Assembly (NCBI GenBank): GCA_002811645.1
Contig: PDIP01000040.1
Coordinates: forward strand, 38,261-102,260
Direction of reading: 5' to 3'
From: Corallochytrium limacisporum Hawaii
Taxonomy: Eukaryota; Protista; Pluriformea
DNA length: 64,000 nt
Shown: positions 1 to 10,777 of the stretch, piece after piece
Layout: every line of letters begins with the position of its first letter
Numbering within the stretch: the first letter of the stretch is position 1
Position numbers and translations under genes: made by a program
The notes under the pieces: model-generated
Seen by the model: only the letters and a program-made list of their open reading frames with translations
Database searches by the model: none
Told to the model about the DNA's origin: nothing

Positions 1-235
1 ACTCAATCATGATTAAAAAGAGTGATCGGGGTTCTCGTTTTCGTGCGATTTGTCTCATACTTAGGAGACAGAGGGTGGTACATCAAGAAAGCAATAAGTG
101 ATACTCTCGTTATCAGGACCCGAATGGTGGGATTGGTGTACACCGTTTGGTACAATGATCAAGTCATAGCGATATGAGGAAAAGAACGACTGCAATGCTC
201 GATAAAGAACATAAATTCAGATCAGAACATGTACT

Positions 236-2218
236 ATGGCGGATCAGCCGGTGAACAGACGGCTGTTTGTCATTTGGGTTCCAGACGATGATGAGGAACA
301 AGATCAGGCAAAGACGGATTCGCATACTTATATTGAGCGATTAGGAGGACTACAGAACATTGCAAATGCACACCGGCGTACCATTAGTGCAGCAGGGACC
401 GGAAACGTTTCACGGTTCCCATTGTCTGTCGACGGTGATGATGCACACGGCACGCACACACGGGTAGTGACCAGACACGAAGCAGCGCTCGAATACCAAC
501 CAATAGTGATTCTACGACTGTTGAATGGTGGATCTTCGACAGAATCACCCGAAATGATCGGCACTGCATGTCATACATACGTCCCGCGACCGAGACCACA
601 CATTGCGCTCGGAGCAGACGCGTTGGATCAGAGCCAACGGTCTGTGATCGAAGAGGCATTGACCAATCCTTCGCTTCACCGTCATCGACAGACCCTTAGT
701 ACAGCGTTTCCAACAGCGGTAGTGAGAGCACAAAACAGTGATGAGGGATCAGTCTTCTTGGCCCCCGGAGTCGATCGCTTGGATCACGTGCTCCGTGACT
801 GGGCCACGAGCAAGAGTGAAAGACATAGCCTCCTCGATGCTATAGGAGATGCTTTTCATGGCACTTCAAGTCGACCATTACACCCGCAGGTTGCAATTGA
901 ACGACTGGCCATGGAGATCAATCAACACTTCCGGCGGTCTGCATATCAGTCGGCTCCGACCAAGGATCCGCCAGTGTTGCGCCCACTGGTTACTCCACAA
1001 TATTTCAGCGAAACAACTCTTGCAGAGCGCAAGCGACGGACGGCTTCTGCCGCATCTGGCAATGGCAGCCTGCGGTCGCTCCGCGGCCTTGGGCCCACGA
1101 CCACCGAAACCGCGATCAAGCAGCGGCCTGCACTGCTCCTCACTGAACCCAACGAACATGCTGAATCGGTAGGGATAGTCAGTCTGCCTTTCGCAGCGCG
1201 TCGACGGCTTCGCACATTGAGCCCACTCTCTACTGGAAAAGAGCGAAAACTCTGGCACACCGATGCAGAAAGGAGCCTGGCAGCCGAGATAGATGCACTC
1301 TTTTTGAACCGTCCTATCTGGAGCGTACCAGCGCTGGCTTCAGTGATGAAGCTCAGCCCATCTCCGTCGTCATCATCCTCAGCATCTGCGAGGTCCATTG
1401 ATTACCACTTACTACGCCGTGCTCTCGCTGCAAAGTGCACCTTTCTCCCAGACGGACCCTGGGCAGGCTGTTGGTGCCGCAGAGGGCACGATCCATGCCA
1501 GAGTCCCGAGTCGCGTTGGTTCCAAACTGTCTGTTTCCGGCCCCCACCACACTCAGCCAAAAGCGCACGGGCGGCGCGGCAATGGGAGCAGAGTGCTGTG
1601 AAGAAAGGGAGGCGCTCATCACCGTCGTCAAAGTCGAAGAAAACATCTCGGCCATCGCTACAGTCATCGCTGCAGGAGCTGATCGAGTCCGACCCACCTC
1701 ATGTTTTCGCCCAAACGGCGAGACAGAAGCATTCCGAAACGGCACGGGTCTTTCAAGTCGTCGACATCGACGTCGCTTCGTTGCGTGCATGGATCGAAGA
1801 GCAGCCAATGACCGCGCGTCCACAACTGAATGGCAGCTCTGACGGTTGGTTCGAACGCGGTTTCATTACCGCACTGCGGCTGCGTATGGAGGCGTACGTC
1901 GACGCTTGGCGCCAGGGCCAAGCGGAACCCGAGGGTCTGTCAGTGACCACTGAAGCCACACGTGCGGGCGGTGTAACCACGGCCGACGATCCAGGTCCGC
2001 AGGAGCCTCCCACTAAGAAACGACGGACCGCGGCCCGTGAGGCTCCACCCAAATCATCTGCGGTACCCACAGAAGAAGCTTCTGCATTCTTGGAAGGCCT
2101 AGTTGGGGTTGAAGGGTTTGCTTTATTGGACGACGAAGATGACGAAGATGACGACGTCAATGAAAATGAGGAGAACGAGGAGGACAACGATGATGACGTA
2201 GAAGAGAGGCCAGTGTGA
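236..2218 (+). CDS. GTF3C5: RNA polymerase III transcription factor TFIIIC subunit 5 (tau95/Tfc1/Sfc1-like)
   Basis: 660-aa ORF with tau95-domain motifs LFLNRPIWS, GPWAGCWCRRGHDP, RWFQTVCFR and DGWF, plus the acidic D/E C-terminal tail typical of the family. Confidence 0.8.
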   Translation: MADQPVNRRLFVIWVPDDDEEQDQAKTDSHTYIERLGGLQNIANAHRRTISAAGTGNVSRFPLSVDGDDAHGTHTRVVTRHEAALEYQPIVILRLLNGGSSTESPEMIGTACHTYVPRPRPHIALGADALDQSQRSVIEEALTNPSLHRHRQTLSTAFPTAVVRAQNSDEGSVFLAPGVDRLDHVLRDWATSKSERHSLLDAIGDAFHGTSSRPLHPQVAIERLAMEINQHFRRSAYQSAPTKDPPVLRPLVTPQYFSETTLAERKRRTASAASGNGSLRSLRGLGPTTTETAIKQRPALLLTEPNEHAESVGIVSLPFAARRRLRTLSPLSTGKERKLWHTDAERSLAAEIDALFLNRPIWSVPALASVMKLSPSPSSSSSASARSIDYHLLRRALAAKCTFLPDGPWAGCWCRRGHDPCQSPESRWFQTVCFRPPPHSAKSARAARQWEQSAVKKGRRSSPSSKSKKTSRPSLQSSLQELIESDPPHVFAQTARQKHSETARVFQVVDIDVASLRAWIEEQPMTARPQLNGSSDGWFERGFITALRLRMEAYVDAWRQGQAEPEGLSVTTEATRAGGVTTADDPGPQEPPTKKRRTAAREAPPKSSAVPTEEASAFLEGLVGVEGFALLDDEDDEDDDVNENEENEEDNDDDVEERPV

Positions 2219-2343
2219 GACACAAAGATGACAATGGAGGCTCTGTATGAGTCTGGAGAAAGGATTTCTACTTGTTTGCTTGTTGAATGCGCCCCAGTGT
2301 ATCTAAACTGACTGGAAAGCTCATCTCCCGGAGAACTGTCTGC

Positions 2344-2917
2344 TTAACCACCGCCACCTTCCTCGTCCTCATCCTTCACAATTGGCAAACCATCGATTGT
2401 CTTCAATTGCGGCAGACATTTTCGATATCTCCGCGAGATAACTCTCCTGATCACCCTCATGCTTGTCACAGATCGGGGTTCCCTGCAGCAACAACTCTGT
2501 CAATTTCGGCATCTCTGCCAAGATTTCAATTTCGTCCCAGTCCTTGATATGTAGAGCACCTTAAGGTTCTTCAGGACCTGCACACCGCGCAGGCGCTCAT
2601 TGTTGTTGTAGCTGACCCATAGTTCCTCGAGGTTCTCTGCCAAAGGTTCCAGGCCCTCAAGCTTCTTTATGTTATTGCGACTCAACGAAAGAATTTTCAG
2701 ATTGGATAATCCGTTCAATTGCTGATTTTTGCGATGGCATTTGTTGACAGCGCCAATCTCTCGCATGCTGTAAGGCTTCCCAAGGCGGCATCCATTTTTT
2801 TTCGATCGGAGGCAGCTGCATATAGAGCTTGATTTCCTACGCTTTTGCAATATCCTCTCCCTCGTTGGCCTCTTGCCATGCAGCTAACGCGTCCTTGATA
2901 GTCGTGCCCTTCGACAT
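2344..2917 (-). pseudogene. DNAL1: Axonemal outer-arm dynein light chain 1 (LC1/DNAL1, LRR protein) pseudogene
   Basis: Manual translation across frames: [188 protein letters not shown]. This is collinear with DNAL1 end to end. In-frame TAG at 2837-2839; frameshifts near 2795-2802, 2717-2720, 2546-2550 and 2419-2422. Confidence 0.92.
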
Positions 2918-5800
2918 TACTCGGGGGTTCCCTTGTGTTTCTGAGATTATTCTTACTGAGTCTTCCCCAACCAGGATCCCGAACGGACCGGACTAGGTGC
3001 TTCTTGTCAACACCAATTGAGATCACTTCCTTGCGTTCACATTTTTTGAACGACATGCAGCGATTCTGGTATCTGACATAGCTGTTTCTATTCAATTGTA
3101 TATTCCATAACCATTCCTTTGTCGTACTGGTCATCCCTCGAATGGCGACGAACCTGTGTTCACCAGGAAATCCACACCCAGGTCCCGTTTATGTGGGGGG
3201 AAAGGGTGTGTCCCTACGCCCAACGGAGGTCAGCCGCCCCCGAGGGGGGGGGAGTCCAAGCCAGAAAAAAGAAGGCAAGGGGCCCCTACGCAAAGTTATC
3301 ACCGGCGCCCCGCTACGGTGAATATTTGCTAATGCGCGAGTGCGGAAACTCGAGAACTGTGGCTCCTGGTTGCTTGGGGGGGGGAACCGGCCGTACGCAC
3401 GCGGCTTAACGCGGTGAAGAAGTGGGTGCATGTTCAGTGTCGATTTCCAGGGTGCAATAAATGGGAACCCGGATCACACATCTTGACATTGTTGTGAACT
3501 ATTCCAATGTACCATACCAAGGGTCTCAGCCGGAATGGCAAACGGCCACTCTCTGGACGCCACTGGAAAGGAGTTGCATTGGAACGTTGCATATGCGGGC
3601 GATGTGAGTCAGGAACGACAGCAAGGCCAATGAGTGAGTTTGGTCGATTCTGCCTTACCGAGACAATGAAAGAAACGATTGAGACCTGTGATCTGCCTAA
3701 GGCTAAATGTGTCCTATGCCATGTAGCACTGCTGTGTATAGAGTCAGCAAAGATGGAACCTGGTTGAATTGTATTGAAGGGGTTACCTTTGAAGGTGCTA
3801 CCAGTGGAAATCTGGTCGCACTTCACAGGCCTCAACTTTGCAGGGTAGACAATTGGTATAGTATGATGGAGAGACTGCCTGTGACAGCGATAAGATATTC
3901 GCCATCGACGGCTCTCACAGATTCGTGGAGATTAAGGTCCTTGCTGCACAGTAAGACTAGATCATCATAACAGGATCGTAATCGGCCTGATGATTCAGGA
4001 GTAGGCATGTTGCCCAGTGACCAGAGAACATCCACAAACGAACGTACTTAACCCTTTCGTTGATTACCGACGACAACACAACAAAGCTTCCCGTATCTCT
4101 GCATCCCTATCTGATACTTCTGGTCCTGTCTATAGCATTCAGGACTCCCGTTAGACCTGGTGTCTGTCGGCAAGACTCACTGCTGAGGGCGGAGCGTGAA
4201 GCTTTCCAAGTCCTGTGTTATGAACAAGACCTCAAGTCGGGCTACTGTATCCCGAAAGAATGGTCACAGAGACTGCCCAGTGTCGAGGCAGAACTTCCAG
4301 CTCCGTATGCGGGCCACATTGTTCGTAGTTTGAAAGAACGGAGCAATGAAACTCTTAGGTTTCACAACCAATACCGTGCATGATGATAGGGATTCTGCAG
4401 GACTATCAGTCCTGATTAAATCAATATAGTGTATCAGGGAATATTATGTCAACTATAGACAATTCTGTAAACCACTTGGTATTCCCCAGAAATCACCGCC
4501 TCCCTATACGCCCAAGAACCATGTTTCAACTACTCCCCCCTTGCACACGCGCCGAACGGTTAGGGGGCACCGTGGTACCTCCTCCGCCCGGCTAGAGAAT
4601 AACCTCTTTTGCAATAAACTTATCGAGTGATACGCCCCTGTCGTGCTCATTCAGACCGGCAGGAATCCTAAATTTATCTCTCGGCCAGTTTGCGAACACA
4701 CGCGGATCTTCGGTGAACGGGAAGGAGAGGGCATTCGCCCCCGTTCCTGGCGAAATGCACTCCACCTCCCACTATTGCCGTAACATGGGGCAAGGGCTGA
4801 TATTCTGGGGCGGGAGGGAAATTCTATGAGCAACGAATGCATTTGAAAACCTAAAGAAGGCGGTGCTAAACCCTTGCCCCAGACATCCGCTATTGGTGCC
4901 CTTGTGAATGTTCCCGGGAAAGGGGGACGTCCAGACATATATAGCCTTGCCCCCTGACGCTGACCTTGCCCCTGACCCTGCCAGTGACCCTGATCATCGT
5001 CGTTTACTGTTACCGTAGGGCCTCGAAAAGACTATTCAAAGACTATTCGCTGTTTATGGAGAGGTCATGGTCTCGGCCACGCATTTCTTTCCCGTTGCAA
5101 AGTTCCGAACCTGGTGTAACCCAGGAATCCTCAGGACATACAGCTTGTCATCGGACGGGGGACACCTTCTAGTGCGAGCACTGAATGGAAGAGGGATTGA
5201 TTTGTACCACGTGGGCAGTCCAGGTTCAGTCCAGGTATTTGGCTGAGACTCTGCGAGAGTGGTACGGCGCAGGTATCGGACATTACTTTGAATGCCAGGT
5301 GCAGGGTGACTTGACCTTCAACGGACATCAGTTCATAGCCCTTTTCCGGGGCATTGAATAAGCTTAACTTTGAGAGAAGTTGCCCTACAATCTATGGTAA
5401 ACACCTGCGCTAGTGTATCTCAGGCTGCGTCTTGTGCAATTGCTACGCAAGGGCACGGGTGCGCACGGAAGCAGGAACAGAAAGTGCCGACCCTGCCAGG
5501 ATACCCTAGCCCCTTAGCATATACATAATTTTGGACCGCCGTGGTCCATCCGGTTTGATGCGATCGCAAAGGAGTCTGCAACGAAATTCCAGGCAATCTA
5601 CGATGGAGCGCCAATGGAGCAGGGGCTGCTGACTGGCAGTGTGACTGGTGCGACGTCGAGCCTGGGCGTGTCCAAGAATCGAGTACATTCACTATAAAAA
5701 TTCGAAAACACAGCGGGATACTTGTTTCAGCGTGAATCAAACCTTGACGAAAGCAGACGCACCTCCTGTGCATATTTTCGGCAACACAAATGCCATCCCG

Positions 5801-5831
5801 GGCCCAACGTTGCTTTGAGCAACGTTGGGCC
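5801..5831. repeat. Perfect 14-bp inverted repeat with 3-nt spacer, containing an X-box-like core
   Basis: GGCCCAACGTTGCT-TTG-AGCAACGTTGGGCC; the arms are exact reverse complements. Confidence 0.85.
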
Positions 5832-6975
5832 ACCTAGCTGAGACACTGGTGAAATTGGGAGCCGGTCAAGCACTGATCGCAATACTTCTATACGCCTTCC
5901 ACGGGAGGATATTACTGTATCAGATAAACACGCTTCCTGGAGTCAGAAAATGATCAACAGTGTACACCGGGCTCTGCGACCTAGAAACAGGGAGAGGGGG
6001 GGAAAGGTGGCAAGGGGGTGGGGGAACGGACAGCCGAGTGTACTCAACTGTTCTTGGCTTGTGAACCTCATCGGCATCTCCAGGAACACCTTCAGAAGCA
6101 CCTCTGTAAGGAGGGAGTCATGCCCGGAGCACATGAAATAGACCCTAGTGCCGCTAGTTTGATTGAAACCGTATATGTACTCGTACTTTTCTCCTGGCAG
6201 CACGTCTCAGCCCCCAGATGTGGATCTGCATCGAAGACTCCACACCTGGAAAGGCAACGAAAACAATGGAGAACAGCGCTACTCTGCCTGCTGGCTTCAA
6301 TGAGCCATTTATATGCTGTATGCCACTACAATTGGACCGAGCTACTCGTGTTGACATGTAGTCGATGTGTCATCGTGGTCCGTGGGTGTGAACTGTGGCG
6401 GTTGATGCGCAGACGTTTTATTGCTACACTGGAAGCGCTCAAGCACCGCTCAAGCACGGTACTACAACTGGGAGCACTGGGGCATGTATGATATTGGGCC
6501 GTCAATTCCTGCGGCCGCTTCTGCTGTTGCGGTGCTTGTGTCTGCAAGGTTAAACTATGAGTCCCTAATGCTCCTCTACCACGTAGATGTTCTAAAGCTA
6601 TGCACGTCACCATAGGAATTGTACACAAAGCTGCACACGGAGCACAACTGCAAGGAGGACGTCATGCCCAGAGCACAAGGGAGCATAAGGCCAAGTTTGG
6701 CCTCACATGGGACAGCATGGTTGCAGTGCGTCGTGACGGCACGTCAGTGCCCCCTCAGAATGGAGTTCACCTGAAGAAACCAACCAAGAAAGGCCAAGCA
6801 TGCGATAGCCCACAGACGAGTCCGTCGGTATCGATTGTGATGAGTGTGTACAGAAACCTTCGTATCATGATCTAAGCATGGACATCGAACAGGTATTTAT
6901 TGGGGTTGGGATCAGTACCGACACGTCGATTATCAGAGGCAAGCAAACACGTCTGAAATCCAATCACGTACCACA

Positions 6976-7737
6976 ATGCAACTCACTGGAATCTTTGCCT
7001 CTCTTGTCTTGGCCACTTCGGCAATGGCTCAAACTGCTGGCAGATCTTTTGATCTGGTCTTCAATGTCGGTCCAGGACCTCGGCATGGTTGTGATGCAGA
7101 TTTCGGCCATGGAGGAGTCACTGGTGAGGACATCATCACCGTTGCTGCAAGTGACTACCCCGCCTGGGGCGGCTTTACTGTCGATGTCTACAATCTTGCC
7201 CGTGCTCGCAAGTACTTCTACGACCAGGGCTTCGGTGCTGGCAAGTACGGTCACGTCGGTGGCATTGTCAACCCCCAGACCCTCTACGCGCAAACCGTAG
7301 AATCCACATCCAACAATGACTACAGCCTCGCCCTCTTCACCCATGACGTATTGACCACGGATGCGGGCGTGCCCCACCCTATCGTTCAGAGCGCCAGCGA
7401 TTCCAAGGATGCCTACTTCATTGCATTCAGCCTGCCTGTGGACACTGATCAAATCAAGGAAGCAAACTACCGGTCCTGCAAACCCTACCACAGCAAGACT
7501 CTCTACAGGTCTTCCATTGCTTACATCAACATCCCCACGAATGCAAGCACCTTTAACGTCTCCTGCAAGAGTGTCGATATGGATGATGGCAGCCGTACCC
7601 TGCAGGACCCCACAGCCTGTGTCAATGCCATTCTCAACCGCATGGAGGGCGCTTTCTGCAATGATAACCCAGTAGGTTACTCCACCAACACCAGACTGGA
7701 GACGTGCCACTCTTTCACTAACTTCAGACTGCACTAA
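6976..7737 (+). CDS. Secreted protein of unknown function, possibly a divergent PEBP/YbhB fold
   Basis: 253-aa ORF with signal peptide (MQLTGIFASLVLATSAMA), strong C-ending codon bias, A at -3 of the ATG and six Cys. The CDS call is well supported; the fold call is tentative. Confidence 0.85.
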   Translation: MQLTGIFASLVLATSAMAQTAGRSFDLVFNVGPGPRHGCDADFGHGGVTGEDIITVAASDYPAWGGFTVDVYNLARARKYFYDQGFGAGKYGHVGGIVNPQTLYAQTVESTSNNDYSLALFTHDVLTTDAGVPHPIVQSASDSKDAYFIAFSLPVDTDQIKEANYRSCKPYHSKTLYRSSIAYINIPTNASTFNVSCKSVDMDDGSRTLQDPTACVNAILNRMEGAFCNDNPVGYSTNTRLETCHSFTNFRLH

Positions 7738-8281
7738 TCGCATCATGCGCATGCACTCTTCTGCCCTAGATGCATACTTCGCTCAGCGTTCCCTCTTTTT
7801 TTTTTTGGTGTGGGCGAGGTGTTTGGCCAGGTCTGGATAGACAAGAACAGAAGTCCTTCGTTCTAACATGGTCAGACCCCTCGAAAGCCTGTTCCAGTCG
7901 TTTTTCTTTTGGGGTGGAGTTCTCTATTCCTGTTGCCGTATCCTCCGACGAAAGCAATTTTGCAGTTCGGAGAATAAGATGTTCATGAATTAAAAAGACA
8001 TGTCCCATTTGATCTTTCCGGTTTTCACTCAGTCCCCCCGTCGCCATTTCGACCTCGGCGCAGGCAGAGGTCAGAGATAGGTGGCTACCTGCGCTTCTGA
8101 TAGGTTGCCACGCTCGCCTCCAGAGGCACCTTCTTTTACAGCCACGAACAAAAAGTATTGAACGAAGAAGGTCTAGTATAACGCCTACAGAAAAGATATA
8201 TTTAGCATGGGAACATAGTGTACGGTGGTAACCAGGAACGCAGATGCAAATTGAGCTAAGGGTTATTATTCAATTGCTCGC

Positions 8282-10021
8282 TCAAGCACTGGCAGCTTTT
8301 TCGTCGGCTTGTTGCTCGGATAATACTGTAGGCGGCTCGTAGTAGTTCGGCAACGGCGGAGCACCGGCTAGCTGTTCCTTCAGGAAGTAGCTAATCTCAC
8401 TGTTGCTGCCCATGCGGTTCGCGACGTCGGCGTTCAGACACCGCACGACGCGCCAGCCGAGCTTAGTGACGATGCGGTCACGCAATACGTCCTTGGCACG
8501 CAGTGTATAGCCCGGGCGCCAGTAGTGCATATCACTATCTAGCTCAAGGTTGATCTTGGAGTCGTGGAAGGCAAAGTCCAGGAAAATACCGAAACCGACA
8601 TGATGCTCAACCTTCACTGGCATGCCAATGATGGCAGCCAGACGCTGAGCGTACGGACTGATCACGCGCGATGCAGGGTTCTCCTGGATGGTACAGTCAA
8701 TGCTCAGTCCGTCTGTAGGCAGGTCTAACTGGGCAAATTCATGTGGGAAACACTGCAGAGCCGCAAGCATGAGCTGCGTGTTGCTGCCATGCACAACCTT
8801 GACCCGACCATCATCATCAGTGGGTAGCGTGGACAGCCAATCCGACATAATATCCTTTGGAATTGTATCACTTTTCTGCATAAGAACGCACGCCAGTAGA
8901 CTGTCACGTAGCATGGCGCTCTTGCTCTGACTCTGGCTCTTGTCTTCGCGAAAATCATTTTCCATTTGTTCCGCATCAATAGCCTTGTAGACGTGCGTCA
9001 GCAGGCCGCTTGAAATCTCGTCCTTGGCCTGCGCGCTTAGCACCGTAGACAGATTGCCGAGGGTCGATGCGAATTGATTAAATGAGCATCCGGTGGTACG
9101 TGCTGCCATTTCCCGCACGTTCAGATCCTCCATGAGGTTCTTAAAGTTGAAAAGGTCCAGTCCACCCTCAGGTAGTAGACCCTCGAGGGCATGGAGGTAT
9201 ATGTTCGCAACTTGCTTGCCGGGTTCGGTCAATTTTGTGGCAAAGGACTTGTCCTCAGCCTCTCGACGCTTAAAGGAGGAGGTCAGGAGATCTTCCAGTC
9301 TGGTTCCTGGCCGGGTCTCTGCGGTACCCTGGATCTTGCGATCAGAACTAGCTTTGGACCCTGGGATGCGTTTGAGAATGTCAGCAAGACGGTCGCTCGC
9401 CTGGCTACCTCGTTGTGGATCCTGGACCTTGCTTCCCAAATCACGCATGCCACCCTTTTGCTTCTGGCTGTCCTGCTGCCGCTGTTGCCTGCGTTCACCA
9501 CGTTGCTGCTGCTGCTGCCTGCGTTCGCTACGTTGCTGTTGTCCATCACGGCGGTCTCTACGTTGGCGGTTCTGCCGCAGATCACTGTCTCGAGGTTGCT
9601 TCTGGCGCCTATCACTGCGCTGCAGCTGCTGCAGCTGCTGCTGCTGCTGCTGTCCGTCACGACGATCTCTACGTTGGCGGTTCTGCTGCTGACCATCTTT
9701 TCGTTGACCTCCGCGATCATCTTGCTTCTGAATGCGACTCGCATGTTGTTCCTGAGTTTGGTCACTACCGGCACGGCGCTGACGCTCCTCAGGTTTCTGC
9801 TGCTGGCCCTGTTTTGCTCTGACCCCGTCTCGGATGGGTCTGACCTCGCTTTCTGGACGTTTATCGAAGCCTTTCGATTTATTCCCACTGTTTCCAGCGC
9901 TGCTATCTGTGGAATAAAATGCGAATCGTTGCGAAATCTGCACGCCTACCGCCCTCACAGGAGTAGCGTTTGACTGTGCTGATAATGTGCGTGGCACACG
10001 CAACAAACTAGTCCTATACAT
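8282..10021 (-). CDS. RAP-domain (FASTK-like) organellar RNA-binding protein
   Basis: N-terminal R/S-rich mitochondrial-type presequence and a Q/R-rich repeat region. C-terminal RAP-like segment: VEHHVGFGIFLDFAFHDSKINLELDSDMHY...DVLRDRIVTKLGWRVVRC. Confidence 0.75.
   Translation of the reverse strand: MYRTSLLRVPRTLSAQSNATPVRAVGVQISQRFAFYSTDSSAGNSGNKSKGFDKRPESEVRPIRDGVRAKQGQQQKPEERQRRAGSDQTQEQHASRIQKQDDRGGQRKDGQQQNRQRRDRRDGQQQQQQLQQLQRSDRRQKQPRDSDLRQNRQRRDRRDGQQQRSERRQQQQQRGERRQQRQQDSQKQKGGMRDLGSKVQDPQRGSQASDRLADILKRIPGSKASSDRKIQGTAETRPGTRLEDLLTSSFKRREAEDKSFATKLTEPGKQVANIYLHALEGLLPEGGLDLFNFKNLMEDLNVREMAARTTGCSFNQFASTLGNLSTVLSAQAKDEISSGLLTHVYKAIDAEQMENDFREDKSQSQSKSAMLRDSLLACVLMQKSDTIPKDIMSDWLSTLPTDDDGRVKVVHGSNTQLMLAALQCFPHEFAQLDLPTDGLSIDCTIQENPASRVISPYAQRLAAIIGMPVKVEHHVGFGIFLDFAFHDSKINLELDSDMHYWRPGYTLRAKDVLRDRIVTKLGWRVVRCLNADVANRMGSNSEISYFLKEQLAGAPPLPNYYEPPTVLSEQQADEKAASA
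9480..9690 (-). repeat. Coding Q/R-rich imperfect repeats within the RAP protein
   Basis: The QNRQRRDRRDGQQQ unit occurs twice (about 9541-9574 and 9652-9685, 111 nt apart), with CAG-rich tracts. Confidence 0.8.
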
Positions 10022-10777
10022 TATTGTTTGCTCCTGTTTTTGACAGCGATACCTTGCCTTTCTTAACTTAGACTAATGTCGCGTAAACTACAACTACATG
10101 ATAGAGGATAACTTCTTGTGTCACGGTGTCTTGGATCCTTGTCATACACACATAGATGAACAACTTGGGAGCTGATGTTGTCAGGTTTTCTCCTTGTAAT
10201 ACTTGCCTTGGGCTTTATTAAATCATATTCCCAAGGCCACTGATGTTTTATGGACACTCGCACTGCCAAGAGAAGAAGGTCTACAGACAACAGCGGATCT
10301 GCCGCGTTGAGCCTCCACTGTCCCTTGGCCAGGCTCGCTAAATGTTTTGGATCCCCAACAACCCTGACGGGTGTGCACCGCTCACATGCGCCCCTTACCC
10401 ACCCCGCCCACCCGGCCCTGATTCCCGAATTAATCCATAGTAAATAAAGTTTCAGCTTTATTGCTCCCTGACGTGGTTGGTCCAGTTCCAAGTCCCTATC
10501 TCCTCCCTTTTTTGGCTTATCCCGGCGGGTCAAAAGGGTAGGGATTGGTATTTTATGCAATCGAGGAGCCAAGACTCGATGAAAGTTGTGCTTTAAGTCT
10601 GCCTGGCATTGGTGGTTCAGTGCTCCATTAGGACAGGTTATGGGCAGTGTGCTCAGTAAGTTTACAGCATAGTCACGTGTCTATGGTATTAGAAAGCAAT
10701 TGGATATTCTATAAATTTCATATGCTGACAAGTTGGAGGGTCCTCAGTATGCATCAGAGCGGTGAGAATAGACAACA

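Noticed and set aside
2344-2917. Alternative genetic code or programmed frameshifting rescuing DNAL1
   Set aside because: TAG terminates normal genes in this window (e.g. KDM1A, TMEM41). The lesions are heterogeneous (+2, -1, multi-base deletion, +1), which fits decay rather than a recoding rule.
6964-7752. 262-aa antisense ORF (and similar ones at 9191-9973, 18840-19487 and 62826-63566)
   Set aside because: These are shadows of codon-biased sense genes; they have no motifs and lie over a better-supported CDS on the opposite strand.
10640-10777. Upstream MGSVL exon (myristoylation-like) spliced onto the 10778 ORF
   Set aside because: Every candidate acceptor is either out of frame or hits an in-frame stop (TGA 10763, TAG 10769) before the ATG.
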